Position numbers and translations under genes: made by a program. DNA of 64,000 bases, from assembly GCF_039545135.1 (NCBI RefSeq), contig NZ_BAABRU010000004.1:130427-194426 (forward strand), in the 5' to 3' direction. Shown in pieces: positions 9,273 to 18,589 of this stretch. The stretch comes from Herpetosiphon gulosus (GTDB lineage: Bacteria; Chloroflexota; Chloroflexia; Chloroflexales; Herpetosiphonaceae). Under the pieces are notes generated by a model, which was not told the origin of the DNA, did no database searches, and worked only from the letters and a program-made list of their open reading frames with translations. How positions within the stretch are numbered: position 1 is the first letter of the stretch; the number at the start of each line of letters is the position of its first letter.

Positions 9273-10205
9273 TTACTGGGCGTTATTGTACTCGCCAATC
9301 TTGGCTATGTCATCAAAGTTGGCAATATTCAGGCGTTGCAAATTGGGATCGATCCGCTTGACCAAGCCTGTAAGCACACTCCCTGCGCCAATTTCAATCA
9401 CGGTTTGCACACCCATGGCCGCAGCTTGCTCAATTGTAGCAATCCAGCGCACTGGCGCAGTAATTTGGGCGATGAGTTCAGCCCGAAGATCCTCGGCGCT
9501 CTGAATTGGCTGAGCCGTGCTGTTAGCAATCAATGGCACGTGGGCTGCGCTCATCGCTGCTGCCGCAAGCGCTGGCGCTAAACCAGCAGCGGTTGCCGCC
9601 ATCAAGGGCGAGTGAAATGCTGCACTCACATTCAACGGCATAATTTTCTTGGCTCCAGCAGCTTTGGCTTGCTCACTAGCCGCCGCAACCGCCGCACTGG
9701 CCCCGCTAATCACCAACTGGCCATGGGCATTTTGATTGGCCACGACACACGCGCCAAATTCGCTCACATTGGTGCAAACTGCTTCGAGCGGCGCAAGATC
9801 AAGCCCAATTACTGCGGCCATCGCGCCTTCGCTCGCTTGAGCCATCAACTCACCGCGTTGGCGCACCAAGCGCAGGGCCGTGGCAAAATCGAGGGCCTTG
9901 GCGGCTACCAAGGCACTATATTCGCCCAACGAATGACCAGCAACAATGCTTGGATGAAGCTCCACGCCAGCCTCAGCAATTGCCGCCAACAAGGCCACGC
10001 TGACTGTCAGCAAGGCTGGTTGGGTATTTTCAGTCGCAGTTAAATCAGCTTCAGGCCCATCAAAGCACAAGCCCGCTAGATCAAAACCAAGCACGGCTTC
10101 GGCTTCGGCAAAAATCGCGCGTGCTGCTGGCGATTGTTCATAGACCTCGCGGCCCATGCCAATTTTTTGCGAGCCTTGTCCTGGAAAAAGCAATCCGATT
10201 GTCAT
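9273..10205 (-). CDS. fabD: Malonyl CoA-ACP transacylase
   Basis: MTIGLLFPGQGSQKIGMG and the GHSLGEYSAL active-site serine motif. Confidence 0.9.
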   Translation of the reverse strand: MTIGLLFPGQGSQKIGMGREVYEQSPAARAIFAEAEAVLGFDLAGLCFDGPEADLTATENTQPALLTVSVALLAAIAEAGVELHPSIVAGHSLGEYSALVAAKALDFATALRLVRQRGELMAQASEGAMAAVIGLDLAPLEAVCTNVSEFGACVVANQNAHGQLVISGASAAVAAASEQAKAAGAKKIMPLNVSAAFHSPLMAATAAGLAPALAAAAMSAAHVPLIANSTAQPIQSAEDLRAELIAQITAPVRWIATIEQAAAMGVQTVIEIGAGSVLTGLVKRIDPNLQRLNIANFDDIAKIGEYNNAQ

Positions 10206-10206
10206 T

Positions 10207-10330
10207 GGTTATCTTTCTATTATTACGAGGGGTCAGGGGCTAGGGACTAGGAGCCAGGTTTAGATTTAGAAATGCAACGAAATAATTCGTGCCTAAAAAC
10301 TGATCCCTGACCCCTAGCACCTGACCCCTC
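10207..10330. repeat. Intergenic inverted-repeat element, family B
   Basis: cgaggggtcaggggctagggactagg ... ctgatccctgacccctagcacctgacccctcg. Related modules occur at 18590-18840, 24960-25210, 30690-30780, 48870-49070 and 59930-60230. Confidence 0.7.
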
Positions 10331-10334
10331 GTCG

Positions 10335-11321
10335 CTACTTTCCGCCCCACACCAACACGCCCGAAGCCCAGGTCAGGCCGCCGCCAAAGGCAGTCAACAA
10401 AATCGTATCGCCAGGCTGCATGCGTCCAGCATCGGCGGCTTCGGCGATCGCTACGGGCAGAGTGGCAGCAGAAGTATTGCCATATTCTTGAATATTGACA
10501 AAGACTTGATCCATCGACACATTCAGGCGTTTAGCGACGGCTTCGATAATGCGTAAATTGGCTTGATGCGGCACGACCAATTGCACATCGGCAGTTGTTT
10601 TGCCAACTTGGGCCAACACATGCAACGAACTATCGACCATTGAGCGCACCGCATACTTAAACACTTCCGAGCCATTCATCTGAATATATTGTTCAGACTG
10701 ATCAAGCCGCTCGTGAGTTGCAGGGTACAGCGTCGCGCCAGCTTTGATCCACAATAATTCGGCAGTATCGGGAATTGCCCCAAGCTTGTAAGATTGCAAA
10801 CCGCGCTCTTGTTCGGTTGCTTCGAGGATGACAGCCCCTGCAGCATCGCCGAAAATCACGCAGGTATTACGATCTTGCCAATTTAAAAATGGCGAGATCG
10901 TTTCTGCACCGCAGAGTAATACTTTACCCACACCGCCGCCGCGAATCATGGCTGTGACAGCGCTGAGGGCATATAAAAAGCCACAGCATGCGGCATTCAT
11001 ATCCATCACACCAGCATTGATCGCGCCGAGTTTGGTTTGAACTAAGGCGGCAGTTGAGGGCAAAAGTAAATCGGGCGAAGTTGTGGCCACGACAATCAAA
11101 TCAAGTTCTTCGGGTTTTACGCCAGCTTTATCAAGGGCAATCCGGGCGGCGCGTGCCGACATATCCGAGGTAGCTTGGCCTTCGGCAACGATATGGCGGC
11201 GCTGAATGCCGGTACGCGATTGAATCCATTCATCATTGGTATCGACAATTTGTTCAAGTTCTTGGTTTGTAAGCACACGATCGGGAGCGTAGCGCCCCCA
11301 ACCAGTAATAGCTGCATTCAT
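10335..11321 (-). CDS. fabH: 3-oxoacyl-ACP synthase III
   Basis: Internal start MNAAITGWGRYAP at 11321 (the ORF is open to 11360). It has the active-site Cys region NAACCGFLYAL and a C-terminal GFGGGLTWAS. Confidence 0.88.
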   Translation of the reverse strand: MNAAITGWGRYAPDRVLTNQELEQIVDTNDEWIQSRTGIQRRHIVAEGQATSDMSARAARIALDKAGVKPEELDLIVVATTSPDLLLPSTAALVQTKLGAINAGVMDMNAACCGFLYALSAVTAMIRGGGVGKVLLCGAETISPFLNWQDRNTCVIFGDAAGAVILEATEQERGLQSYKLGAIPDTAELLWIKAGATLYPATHERLDQSEQYIQMNGSEVFKYAVRSMVDSSLHVLAQVGKTTADVQLVVPHQANLRIIEAVAKRLNVSMDQVFVNIQEYGNTSAATLPVAIAEAADAGRMQPGDTILLTAFGGGLTWASGVLVWGGK

Positions 11322-11384
11322 TACAAAACACTCCCGTGGTGAAGCCGTTTCATGCTGCACTGCACAATAACGCGCCTAAAATGC

Positions 11385-11420
11385 GAAAGGGACGAGAACC
11401 ATTGGTCTCGACCCTTTCGC
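11385..11420 (-). terminator. Stem-loop between rpmF and fabH (possible attenuator or terminator)
   Basis: gcgaaagggacgaga-accattgg-tctcgaccctttcgc forms a stem of about 14 bp with one mismatch. A T-tract is not obvious. Confidence 0.3.
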
Positions 11421-11441
11421 TGCTTCGCTGCCAACCATGGC

Positions 11442-11633
11442 TTATGCTTCAGCATTGTCCTTCTTGAGGTATTGGCGACCTTTGTAGGTACCGCAGTTCA
11501 AGCAAACGCGATGTGGGCGGCGATAGCCACCACAGTTTGGACAAGCCGACAATGAAGGTGCGGTCAAAGCAAGATGTTGGCGGCGGTGCCCGCGTTGTTC
11601 GCGGGTAATTTTACGACGTGGCAATGCGCCCAT
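11442..11633 (-). CDS. rpmF: 50S ribosomal protein L32
   Basis: 63 aa. MGALPRRKITREQRGHRRQHLALTAP...CPNCG..HRVC.NCGTYKGR matches the L32 zinc-ribbon pattern. Confidence 0.88.
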   Translation of the reverse strand: MGALPRRKITREQRGHRRQHLALTAPSLSACPNCGGYRRPHRVCLNCGTYKGRQYLKKDNAEA

Positions 11634-11639
11634 GAGAAA

Positions 11640-12176
11640 CTAGGCTCCTTTCAGCAATTGTTTGAGCGCGGCAAGGCGCTCATCGATCACTTGATCGTCC
11701 AAATTATCGGCTTCAGGGTTATCGTTGAGGTTTTGGCCATCGAACGACAAACCACGACAATCGGGGCGACAAATCGGCGCGATAGGTAAGTTGATGAGCG
11801 TGTATTCACGGGCAGCATCGCCAAGATCAAGCAAATGGTTGCCGTTAATTTTGAACACATCAGGCTCTTCTGGTTCTGGCAACGGTGCGCCCGTCGTTGC
11901 ATGAACCGTCGCGAAATATTCCTCGGCGAAATCGAACTCAACAGGTTGGCTGAAATCGCTTAAGCATCGCACGCATTCTAAAGTGACGTTGCCGCTCATC
12001 GCAGCATCTACTAAGACCCCATTTTTGGTGCGGGTCAGTTTGACATCGCCTTCGGTAATCCGCAGGCGGCTACCATCACCTAAATCAAGCTGTTCGTTTT
12101 CATAAGTATACTGGCGGGTCGCCCCAACATATTCTTGCAATAGTTGGGAAACATTGAATTGGAGTTCGGATGACAT
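11640..12176 (-). CDS. yceD: YceD/DUF177 family protein (upstream partner of rpmF in fatty-acid-synthesis operons)
   Basis: 178 aa with a CVRC...CRPDC Cys pair. It sits in the conserved position before rpmF. Confidence 0.65.
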   Translation of the reverse strand: MSSELQFNVSQLLQEYVGATRQYTYENEQLDLGDGSRLRITEGDVKLTRTKNGVLVDAAMSGNVTLECVRCLSDFSQPVEFDFAEEYFATVHATTGAPLPEPEEPDVFKINGNHLLDLGDAAREYTLINLPIAPICRPDCRGLSFDGQNLNDNPEADNLDDQVIDERLAALKQLLKGA

Positions 12177-12243
12177 ACAGTGACCTCCTGCTGGAATTCA
12201 ACCCGCAAGCGACGTGACATTATAGGCGCGAGAACGCGCTCTG

Positions 12244-12756
12244 TCAAACTACGCCCAGTTCATCGAGGCCATTTTGAATAATCGTCAGCGATTTGCCAAT
12301 ATGTTCTTCAAGGTTTAACAACACTTGTCGGGCATATTCATCGGCCTCAGAGCGCACTTTGGCGGCTTCTGATTCGGCTTCGGCGATAATTCGGCTACGT
12401 TCACGCTGGGCAATTTCAAGCATGCCCTGTTCCGAGAGCGTGATCGCAATTTTCTTTTTGGTCGCCTCGATCAGTTGGTCGCGTTCGCGCACAATCTGGC
12501 GTGCTTGGCGTAATTCATTGGGAACCGCAACCCGCATCCGGTCGATAATGTCGAAGACTTGCTTCTCGTCGATCATTAATCGGCTGGTCAAGGGCACACG
12601 GCCACCACTCGCTAAAACCTCTTCCAACTCGTTAATCAGGCGCTCAAACTCGGCCTCAGCATATTCTGGGGGGCGCTGGTGTTGCCCGACTGGCTCCACG
12701 CTGGTTGCTTCCTGATGTTCACTGGGCTGTTCTCCCCATTGGGATTGTTCGCTCAT
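12244..12756 (-). CDS. Hypothetical coiled-coil protein
   Basis: 170 aa, highly charged, and the sequence pattern suggests a coiled coil. It is translationally coupled to coaD (ATGA-like overlap at 12753-12756). I could not assign a family. Confidence 0.4.
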   Translation of the reverse strand: MSEQSQWGEQPSEHQEATSVEPVGQHQRPPEYAEAEFERLINELEEVLASGGRVPLTSRLMIDEKQVFDIIDRMRVAVPNELRQARQIVRERDQLIEATKKKIAITLSEQGMLEIAQRERSRIIAEAESEAAKVRSEADEYARQVLLNLEEHIGKSLTIIQNGLDELGVV

Positions 12757-13250
12757 GCGCGTGACTCCTCATGCGTTTGATAGGCTTGCTTGAGCGCAAG
12801 GGCAATATGAGCTGGCACAAATGAGCTAACATCGCCGCCATAAGCCGCAATTTCGCGTACCGCGCTTGAGCTAAGCAACGTAAAGCGTTGATCAGCCATC
12901 AAACAGACCGTATCAAGCGTGGGAGCCAAGTGATGATTGATATGCGCCATTTGAAACTCGTGCTCGAAATCGGTCGAAGCGCGTAAGCCTCGTACCAACA
13001 CGGTTGCACCAATATCGAGCGCATACTCCACAACCAAACTCGAAAAAGCATCCACCCGCACATTGGGCAGGTGCGCTACCGATTCGCGAATCATGGCAAT
13101 CCGTTGCTCAGTAGTAAATAGCAACTTTTTGTACGGACGATGAGCTACCGCTAAGACCAACTCATCAAACAAGCGTGATGCGCGAGCCGCAACATCAAGA
13201 TGTCCATTGGTAATTGGGTCGAAGCTTGCAGGGTAGACAGCAATAGTCAC
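12753..13250 (-). CDS. coaD: Phosphopantetheine adenylyltransferase
   Basis: MTIAVYPASFDPITNGHLDV contains the HxGH nucleotidyltransferase motif. Confidence 0.9.
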   Translation of the reverse strand: MTIAVYPASFDPITNGHLDVAARASRLFDELVLAVAHRPYKKLLFTTEQRIAMIRESVAHLPNVRVDAFSSLVVEYALDIGATVLVRGLRASTDFEHEFQMAHINHHLAPTLDTVCLMADQRFTLLSSSAVREIAAYGGDVSSFVPAHIALALKQAYQTHEESRA

Positions 13251-13256
13251 AGGTGA

Positions 13257-13859
13257 TTACTCCGATTGCGGCGGTAACGCTGGGCTCAATTCATAAATTG
13301 AGAAGCAGGAATCGCCGATACGCCGATGCTTTAGCAAACTCAGTGGCCCAAGTTGGGGCGGCATCACCAGCTTTGGCCAATGGCCTAAAACTAAAACGCC
13401 ATTTGGATCTAAAATGCCGCGTTCAGCAACCCGCACTACAAGGTCGGGTATGCCTTCCATAGCATATGGCGGATCGAGCAGGATTATAGCATATTTTGTT
13501 TTTTCGTCGATGATTTGCAGAAATTTATCGACCGAAACGTTCCAAACTTTGGCTCGCTCAGCCAATTTGGTCGTTTTTAGGTTGTCTTTGGTCACGGCAG
13601 CAACATGGCTGCGAGCTTCAACAAAATCGGCCCATTCTGCCCCGCGCGATAAACATTCGATGCCCAGCGAGCCAGTGCCGGCAAATAAATCAAGGGCACG
13701 GCCTTCAAAGGCATTAAAGCCCTCTAAAATGCCAAATAACGATTCTTTGACCCGATCCAGCATCGGGCGCGTGCCAATATCCGGTGGGCCTTTTAATTGT
13801 CGCCCCTTGGCACTGCCAGTAATCACCCGCATTGGTAGTAACCCCGTAAATAAAGTCAA
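13257..13859 (-). CDS. rsmD: 16S rRNA (guanine966-N2)-methyltransferase RsmD
   Basis: DPPY motif and DLFAGTGSLGIE SAM-binding region. Conserved rsmD-coaD arrangement. Confidence 0.85.
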   Translation of the reverse strand: MTLFTGLLPMRVITGSAKGRQLKGPPDIGTRPMLDRVKESLFGILEGFNAFEGRALDLFAGTGSLGIECLSRGAEWADFVEARSHVAAVTKDNLKTTKLAERAKVWNVSVDKFLQIIDEKTKYAIILLDPPYAMEGIPDLVVRVAERGILDPNGVLVLGHWPKLVMPPQLGPLSLLKHRRIGDSCFSIYELSPALPPQSE

Positions 13860-13911
13860 AAGTCAAAGGGCAAAAGTCAAAAGAGTCTAAACCAGAGATC
13901 AAATGGTTCAT

Positions 13912-14015
13912 ACTCCCTCACCCCAACCCCTCTCCCACGGCGGCGGGAGAGGGGCTTTTGGTTTGGTGGTTCCCCCTCGCTCGCGTGCAGGCTAGGGGGC
14001 TAGGGGGTGAGGGCA
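13912..14015. repeat. Family A palindromic repeat (single unit)
   Basis: ccctcaccccaacccctctcccacggcggcgggagaggggc ... gctagggggctagggggtgaggg. Confidence 0.85.
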
Positions 14016-14054
14016 TGAGAATTCTTATTAACCCAATCAACCATTATCTATAGA

Positions 14055-14112
14055 CCAGAAACTTCTGACTTCTGACTTCTGACTTCTGACTTCTGACTTC
14101 TGACTTCTGACT
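14055..14112. repeat. Heptamer microsatellite (ctgactt)x8
   Basis: Direct reading: tctgacttctgacttctgacttctgacttctgacttctgacttctgactttcc. A reverse-orientation aagtcaaaagtcaaag tract lies at 13855-13885. Confidence 0.9.
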
Positions 14113-14115
14113 TTC

Positions 14116-14463
14116 CTAAAAGACTTCTGCGCCAAATTCGGCTAGCTCGTCGGCGATCGATTCAATATCGTGGATGGTGCGCATTTTTTTGATCAGCCCA
14201 ACATATTTTTGGCGATTGGCATCGTGGGCCATCACGGCTCGCTCAACATATTGGGTCAAATAGAGTTTTAATGCAGTTAATTGGGCTTCATCAAGCCGTT
14301 CACCATTCATATAGGCATCGACTGCGGCTTCTAAAACGCCAGTTTGCTCTTCCATCCAAAAGCGCGGTGGTACTGCTACTTTAAAAGGATAGGGGTACTC
14401 GCGGTTGGGCACAAATACTAAATTGCCAATTTGTTCGGCATCATCAGGCCATTGTTCAGTCAT
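14116..14463 (-). CDS. Hypothetical acidic protein
   Basis: 115-aa ORF with good codon usage and no recognisable family. Candidate SD-like motif (aaggat) about 6 nt upstream of the ATG. Confidence 0.4.
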   Translation of the reverse strand: MTEQWPDDAEQIGNLVFVPNREYPYPFKVAVPPRFWMEEQTGVLEAAVDAYMNGERLDEAQLTALKLYLTQYVERAVMAHDANRQKYVGLIKKMRTIHDIESIADELAEFGAEVF

Positions 14464-14481
14464 TGTATCGAAATCCTTGTT

Positions 14482-15522
14482 TTAGTTCGGAAGATCGTTC
14501 AAGCTTGCCAAGGGCACAATTGGGTCGATTTGCTGCACGCTATTACCTTCAGCAGCATCGATTGCCCGCATGATCAACCGCCAATCGGCCAGCGCGGTAG
14601 CCAAACTAGCCACAATTGGCTCATCATCAACAATCGCCGCATAAAAATTGCGAAACTCGCTGATATAGCCGCGCAAATCTTGAGCTTGATAGTGCTCTAT
14701 TGTACCATCAGCCCGATATAATGTCGTCTGATCGCCACGAATCGTAATACTACCGTGGGTTCCATGCACCACCGTCCAATCAAAACAGGGATTTTCGGTT
14801 TTCACTGCGCCCGAAAAACACAACGAACCAAGCACGCCTGAGGCAAAACGCAAATTCAGCACCATCGTGTCTGGGCCACGTAGCACTGGATGCACATCCT
14901 TAATAAAGGCATGGGCGCTTTCGATTGGCCCGCCCAGTTCGCGCAATAACGCAGCTTGATGCACTCCAGCATCGGCCAAGACAGCCCCACGATATTGATG
15001 ATCATGTCGCCAAGGGGTTGCCCCAAAACCTTGATTTGGATCGCTCCAGAAGGTGGCACGAAGTTCAATCAACACTAAATCGCCAATCGTGCCAGCATCC
15101 ATCCAAGCGCGGGCTTGCTTGAGGTCATCGCGATAGTGAAAATTTTCGGCAATCAATATTTTGACTGGGGCATGCTGACAGGCTGCAACTAAAGCTTCGG
15201 CCTGCGGCAAATTGGCAGCCAAAGGTTTTTCACAAATTACATGTTTGCCTGCCGCGACCGCCGCTTGAATCGCCTCGGCATTACGCTGAATTGGCAACGA
15301 AATTAATACTGCCTCGATCTGCGAATCGGCAAAGAAATCCACCCACGAATCAGTGATCGTTGGGTGGAGATCGAGCAAGCCTGCCAGCGCCTCAGCATTG
15401 GCTCGATTATGATCGCAAATGCTAACAATTTCAAAGCAATTTGGTAATGCTTTGAGCGCTGGTAGATGCAAATGTTTGACCGCCAAACCCGCTCCAAGCA
15501 CTCCTAACCTGATCGTTTTCAT
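14482..15522 (-). CDS. Gfo/Idh/MocA family NAD(P)-dependent oxidoreductase
   Basis: MKTIRLGVLGAGLAVKHLHLPAL Rossmann N-terminus and an EKPLA motif. Confidence 0.8.
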   Translation of the reverse strand: MKTIRLGVLGAGLAVKHLHLPALKALPNCFEIVSICDHNRANAEALAGLLDLHPTITDSWVDFFADSQIEAVLISLPIQRNAEAIQAAVAAGKHVICEKPLAANLPQAEALVAACQHAPVKILIAENFHYRDDLKQARAWMDAGTIGDLVLIELRATFWSDPNQGFGATPWRHDHQYRGAVLADAGVHQAALLRELGGPIESAHAFIKDVHPVLRGPDTMVLNLRFASGVLGSLCFSGAVKTENPCFDWTVVHGTHGSITIRGDQTTLYRADGTIEHYQAQDLRGYISEFRNFYAAIVDDEPIVASLATALADWRLIMRAIDAAEGNSVQQIDPIVPLASLNDLPN

Positions 15523-15878
15523 TAATGACGAGCCTCACGCTGGAAGCGCCGACGTTGCATCAAGGTTGGGCGACGACGAATTTTAAAGGGCGATGGTGGG
15601 GTTAATGGATCATCAGCTTCAAGCCGAGCACGGCGCTTGGGGCGTTCAAAGCGATAATAATCGAAGCCAACCAAGCCAACCCCAATCACGGCAGCAACCG
15701 CGATCACCACCGAACCAAACAGGCCTTCAGCGTTGCGGGTATAAACCAAGCCGCTCACAAAGGCACTTGCCAGCGTTAGCCAGCCCAAAGCACCTTGCCA
15801 GCGCTTGCGAAAAACAAACAACACAAGAACAGCAAACACCGCTAAAAAGCCGAAAACGAACCAATCAACACGAGTCAT
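15522..15878 (-). CDS. Small membrane protein (3 predicted TM helices)
   Basis: Hydrophobic segments plus a basic C-terminal tail. Its stop overlaps the downstream start as ATGA. Confidence 0.4.
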   Translation of the reverse strand: MTRVDWFVFGFLAVFAVLVLFVFRKRWQGALGWLTLASAFVSGLVYTRNAEGLFGSVVIAVAAVIGVGLVGFDYYRFERPKRRARLEADDPLTPPSPFKIRRRPTLMQRRRFQREARH

Positions 15879-16060
15879 AGCGTGCTCCTCTAAGTCAAAG
15901 CATGGCTAGTAATACTGTAGCACACAATGGGCCATGCCTACCGAACCAATCGGATTGATTATGGTTAATCATGGGCCAAATTTGCATGTTTGACAAGCAG
16001 CCTTCAGATCTATTATTCTATACCTTGTATTACAAAGTATCCTTTATCGCAAGGTAGCCT

Positions 16061-16396
16061 ATGTTTGAACGTGAACTTCTTAAAGGTAGCCTCGGTTTGA
16101 TGCTAATGGCGCTGGTCGAGCAAGGCCCAATGTATGGCTACCTAATCGCGAAGGAAATTCGTGCGCTCACCGACGATGTAATTGATCTCAAAGAGGGGTC
16201 GTTATATCCGGCGCTCCATCGGTTGGAAAAAGAGGGGATGATCGAAGGCTTTTGGCAACGGCGCGAAGATGGGGTTGATCGCCGCTACTATCGCATAACA
16301 GCGGCTGGTCAGGCTGTCTTAGACGAACGCCGTGCCCAATGGAGTCGATTTAGTGCCGCAGTTTCAAAGGTGGTCTCCGATGCACCGTCCCAATGA
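16061..16396 (+). CDS. PadR family transcriptional regulator
   Basis: PMYGYLIAKEI...GSLYPALHRLEKEGMIEG is the PadR winged-helix signature. Confidence 0.88.
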   Translation: MFERELLKGSLGLMLMALVEQGPMYGYLIAKEIRALTDDVIDLKEGSLYPALHRLEKEGMIEGFWQRREDGVDRRYYRITAAGQAVLDERRAQWSRFSAAVSKVVSDAPSQ

Positions 16397-16916
16397 TAGC
16401 TATTTTGCTGAACTCGAACAAGAATTAGCAGCGCTCAGCCTTGCCGAACGTGAAGCGATTTTGCGCGAATTACGCTCGCACTACGACGATGCTGCCGCTG
16501 ACCCAACCGCCGACGATCAGATTTTACGCTTAGGTTTGCCATTTCAGGCCGATCAATTTGGGCGCAAGCTCAAGCGCATCCATCGCTCGGCCAAACGCGA
16601 GGCCGCCAAACATCGCACCATGATGATTATTGCCACCGTGATTGCCAGCATCGCGATTGTGCTTTCGTTTGTCTTTCCATGGTTCGATGGCAATCTCTTG
16701 GCCTTCATTCTTGGCGGAACAGCGGCGGTCTGTTCAATTCTCTCAGTTGTAGGGATTTGGCTGCCCAAACAAACCATCGGCCAATGGCTCTTTTGGAGTG
16801 GTAGCACCGGCCTAACGTTAATCGGCCTACCATCCGTGATCAGCTTCAGCAGCTTCTATCTCATTTTCGGCCCTTTGTTGTTGTGGACAGGAACCCGACT
16901 ACAACGGACGTATTAA
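16380..16916 (+). CDS. DUF1700-like membrane protein (PadR-associated)
   Basis: The N-terminus MHRPNDSYFAELEQELAALSLAEREAILRELRSHYDDAAA is followed by TM helices. This is the typical gene after padR. The start overlaps padR by 17 nt. Confidence 0.6.
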   Translation: MHRPNDSYFAELEQELAALSLAEREAILRELRSHYDDAAADPTADDQILRLGLPFQADQFGRKLKRIHRSAKREAAKHRTMMIIATVIASIAIVLSFVFPWFDGNLLAFILGGTAAVCSILSVVGIWLPKQTIGQWLFWSGSTGLTLIGLPSVISFSSFYLIFGPLLLWTGTRLQRTY

Positions 16917-16984
16917 GCCGCTAACATGGCTGCCCCGTCTCGTCGGGGTTTCTTTAGTGTGCCTAAAATTCAAGGAGTGGATCT

Positions 16985-18004
16985 GTGTTACACGAACAAC
17001 AACCCCCTATAACCCCGCTAGTTATCAATGGCCCATGGACCCGCGAAGCCCGCGAGCGTGCGATCGCCGAAGAAGTAAAATTAGCTTATATCGAATATTT
17101 TCGCAAAGCCGTTAAAACCCGCAACTGGTTGCCATGGGATGATTTGCCGTTGCGCGAGATGGAACAATATGGTCACATGCTCAGCGAAGATACTGTGACC
17201 CTAGTTGAAAGTTTCTTGGGCGTTGAAGATTATGTCGGCGATTATGTCGAGGACACAATCAATATTGTGCACGGCAAGCGTGAACGCCGCAATATTCAAT
17301 TGCAATGGGGCGCTGAAGAATCTAAGCATGCCGAGGCTTGGGAATTGGTGCTGTTGCACTCAGGTCGCCGCACCAAAGAGCAATTAGAAACCTATCGCGA
17401 TCAAGTTGCTGAGCATCGCTGGACGATGTATGAAAATCATCCTGGCTTTGACACGCCCTTGGGGGTTGCAGCCTATGCGATGGTTCAAGAACGCGCTACC
17501 TATTTTAATTATGAAGAACTACGCAAACGGATTCGCAGCGAGTATGGCTTGCCCGAACAAACCACTGAAGAAGAACGCAAACGTGGCAAGCAAATTGGCG
17601 CTGCTGCCGCCTTCAAAATCGTTGGGGTTGATGAAATTGCTCACCACGGCATGTTTCTGCGGGTGATCGATATTTACAAGCGCTATTTGCCTTATGAAAC
17701 GCTGGATATGGTGTTTCGGGTGCTGAATGGCTTCAACATGCCAGCGCTACATATTTTGCCCAATGCCGAGGAACTGAAAGCCTCATTGGAACGCACCAAA
17801 CTCTACACGCCACTCAAACATGGTCGTTTTGTGGCCAATCCAGTGCTCGATGCTATGGGCTTCAACAATAAACGTGCCCTCGAACGAGCCGTTCAACAAG
17901 CCAAACTGCTGCCAACTGGCCTTGGCCCTGAACACGTTGCAATTGGCCGCGATGGCGAATTCGTGATTTCGATGCAACCAGACGCTGAAATTGAAGCCGC
18001 TTAA
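16985..18004 (+). CDS. Ferritin-like diiron protein resembling soluble acyl-ACP desaturase
   Basis: 339 aa with two ExxH motifs (GAEESKHAEAW and DEIAHHGMF). These are spaced like the EENRHG/DEKRHE pair of acyl-ACP desaturases. Confidence 0.5.
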   Translation: MLHEQQPPITPLVINGPWTREARERAIAEEVKLAYIEYFRKAVKTRNWLPWDDLPLREMEQYGHMLSEDTVTLVESFLGVEDYVGDYVEDTINIVHGKRERRNIQLQWGAEESKHAEAWELVLLHSGRRTKEQLETYRDQVAEHRWTMYENHPGFDTPLGVAAYAMVQERATYFNYEELRKRIRSEYGLPEQTTEEERKRGKQIGAAAAFKIVGVDEIAHHGMFLRVIDIYKRYLPYETLDMVFRVLNGFNMPALHILPNAEELKASLERTKLYTPLKHGRFVANPVLDAMGFNNKRALERAVQQAKLLPTGLGPEHVAIGRDGEFVISMQPDAEIEAA

Positions 18005-18019
18005 TCATTGCGATTAAAC

Positions 18020-18055
18020 GCCAGAGCGCAGGCAGTAATGATTGCCTGCGCTTGC
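18020..18055. terminator. Bidirectional rho-independent terminator between convergent genes
   Basis: agcgcaggca-gtaatgat-tgcctgcgct forms a 10-bp stem, followed by a tgctattt T-tract. Confidence 0.55.
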
Positions 18056-18099
18056 TATTTAACCCAGCGCTCATCACGCAACAAGAACGAAGAAGAACG

Positions 18100-18465
18100 T
18101 TAAGAATTGGAGATTGATGATTGTTGGGTGTTGGTGTAGGCCGCCAAATCTTGTTCTTCGATCACTGGCATAAAGCGCGTCATCTCGACCATCTTGAAGA
18201 TTTTTTGATGGTGTGGGCTGACGTGTAAACAAAAGACTTTATAGCCATTCTTGCGAGCAGCGACCACAAACTTCAGTAGCACCGAAATGCCCGCCGAGTT
18301 GATAAACGCCACATCAGCAAAATCTAAAACAGTAATTGGTTTCATTTGGGTACAGGCATGCTCGATCGTTGCTGCCGAGACCGCATCGACGCTGTTGGTC
18401 AGAATATGCAACAGCACGACATCATCCCACTCTTCTCGTCGAATTACCGCTTGTACATCGCTCAT
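18100..18465 (-). CDS. STAS-domain anti-sigma-factor antagonist (SpoIIAA/RsbV-like)
   Basis: Start MSDVQAVIRREEWDDVVLL at 18465 with an aggagatct SD upstream. FADVAFINSAGISVLLKF is the STAS signature including the putative phosphorylatable Ser. Confidence 0.75.
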   Translation of the reverse strand: MSDVQAVIRREEWDDVVLLHILTNSVDAVSAATIEHACTQMKPITVLDFADVAFINSAGISVLLKFVVAARKNGYKVFCLHVSPHHQKIFKMVEMTRFMPVIEEQDLAAYTNTQQSSISNS

Positions 18466-18589
18466 AATAGATCTCCTAGGTTGGTCAACGCGGCCAACTC
18501 TGACATGATCATAGTTGAGCAGACGATTTTTGGCAACCAAGCTGCATGAATTTTTGATGACAAATTCCTAAGAACATCAAGCAAAGAAC

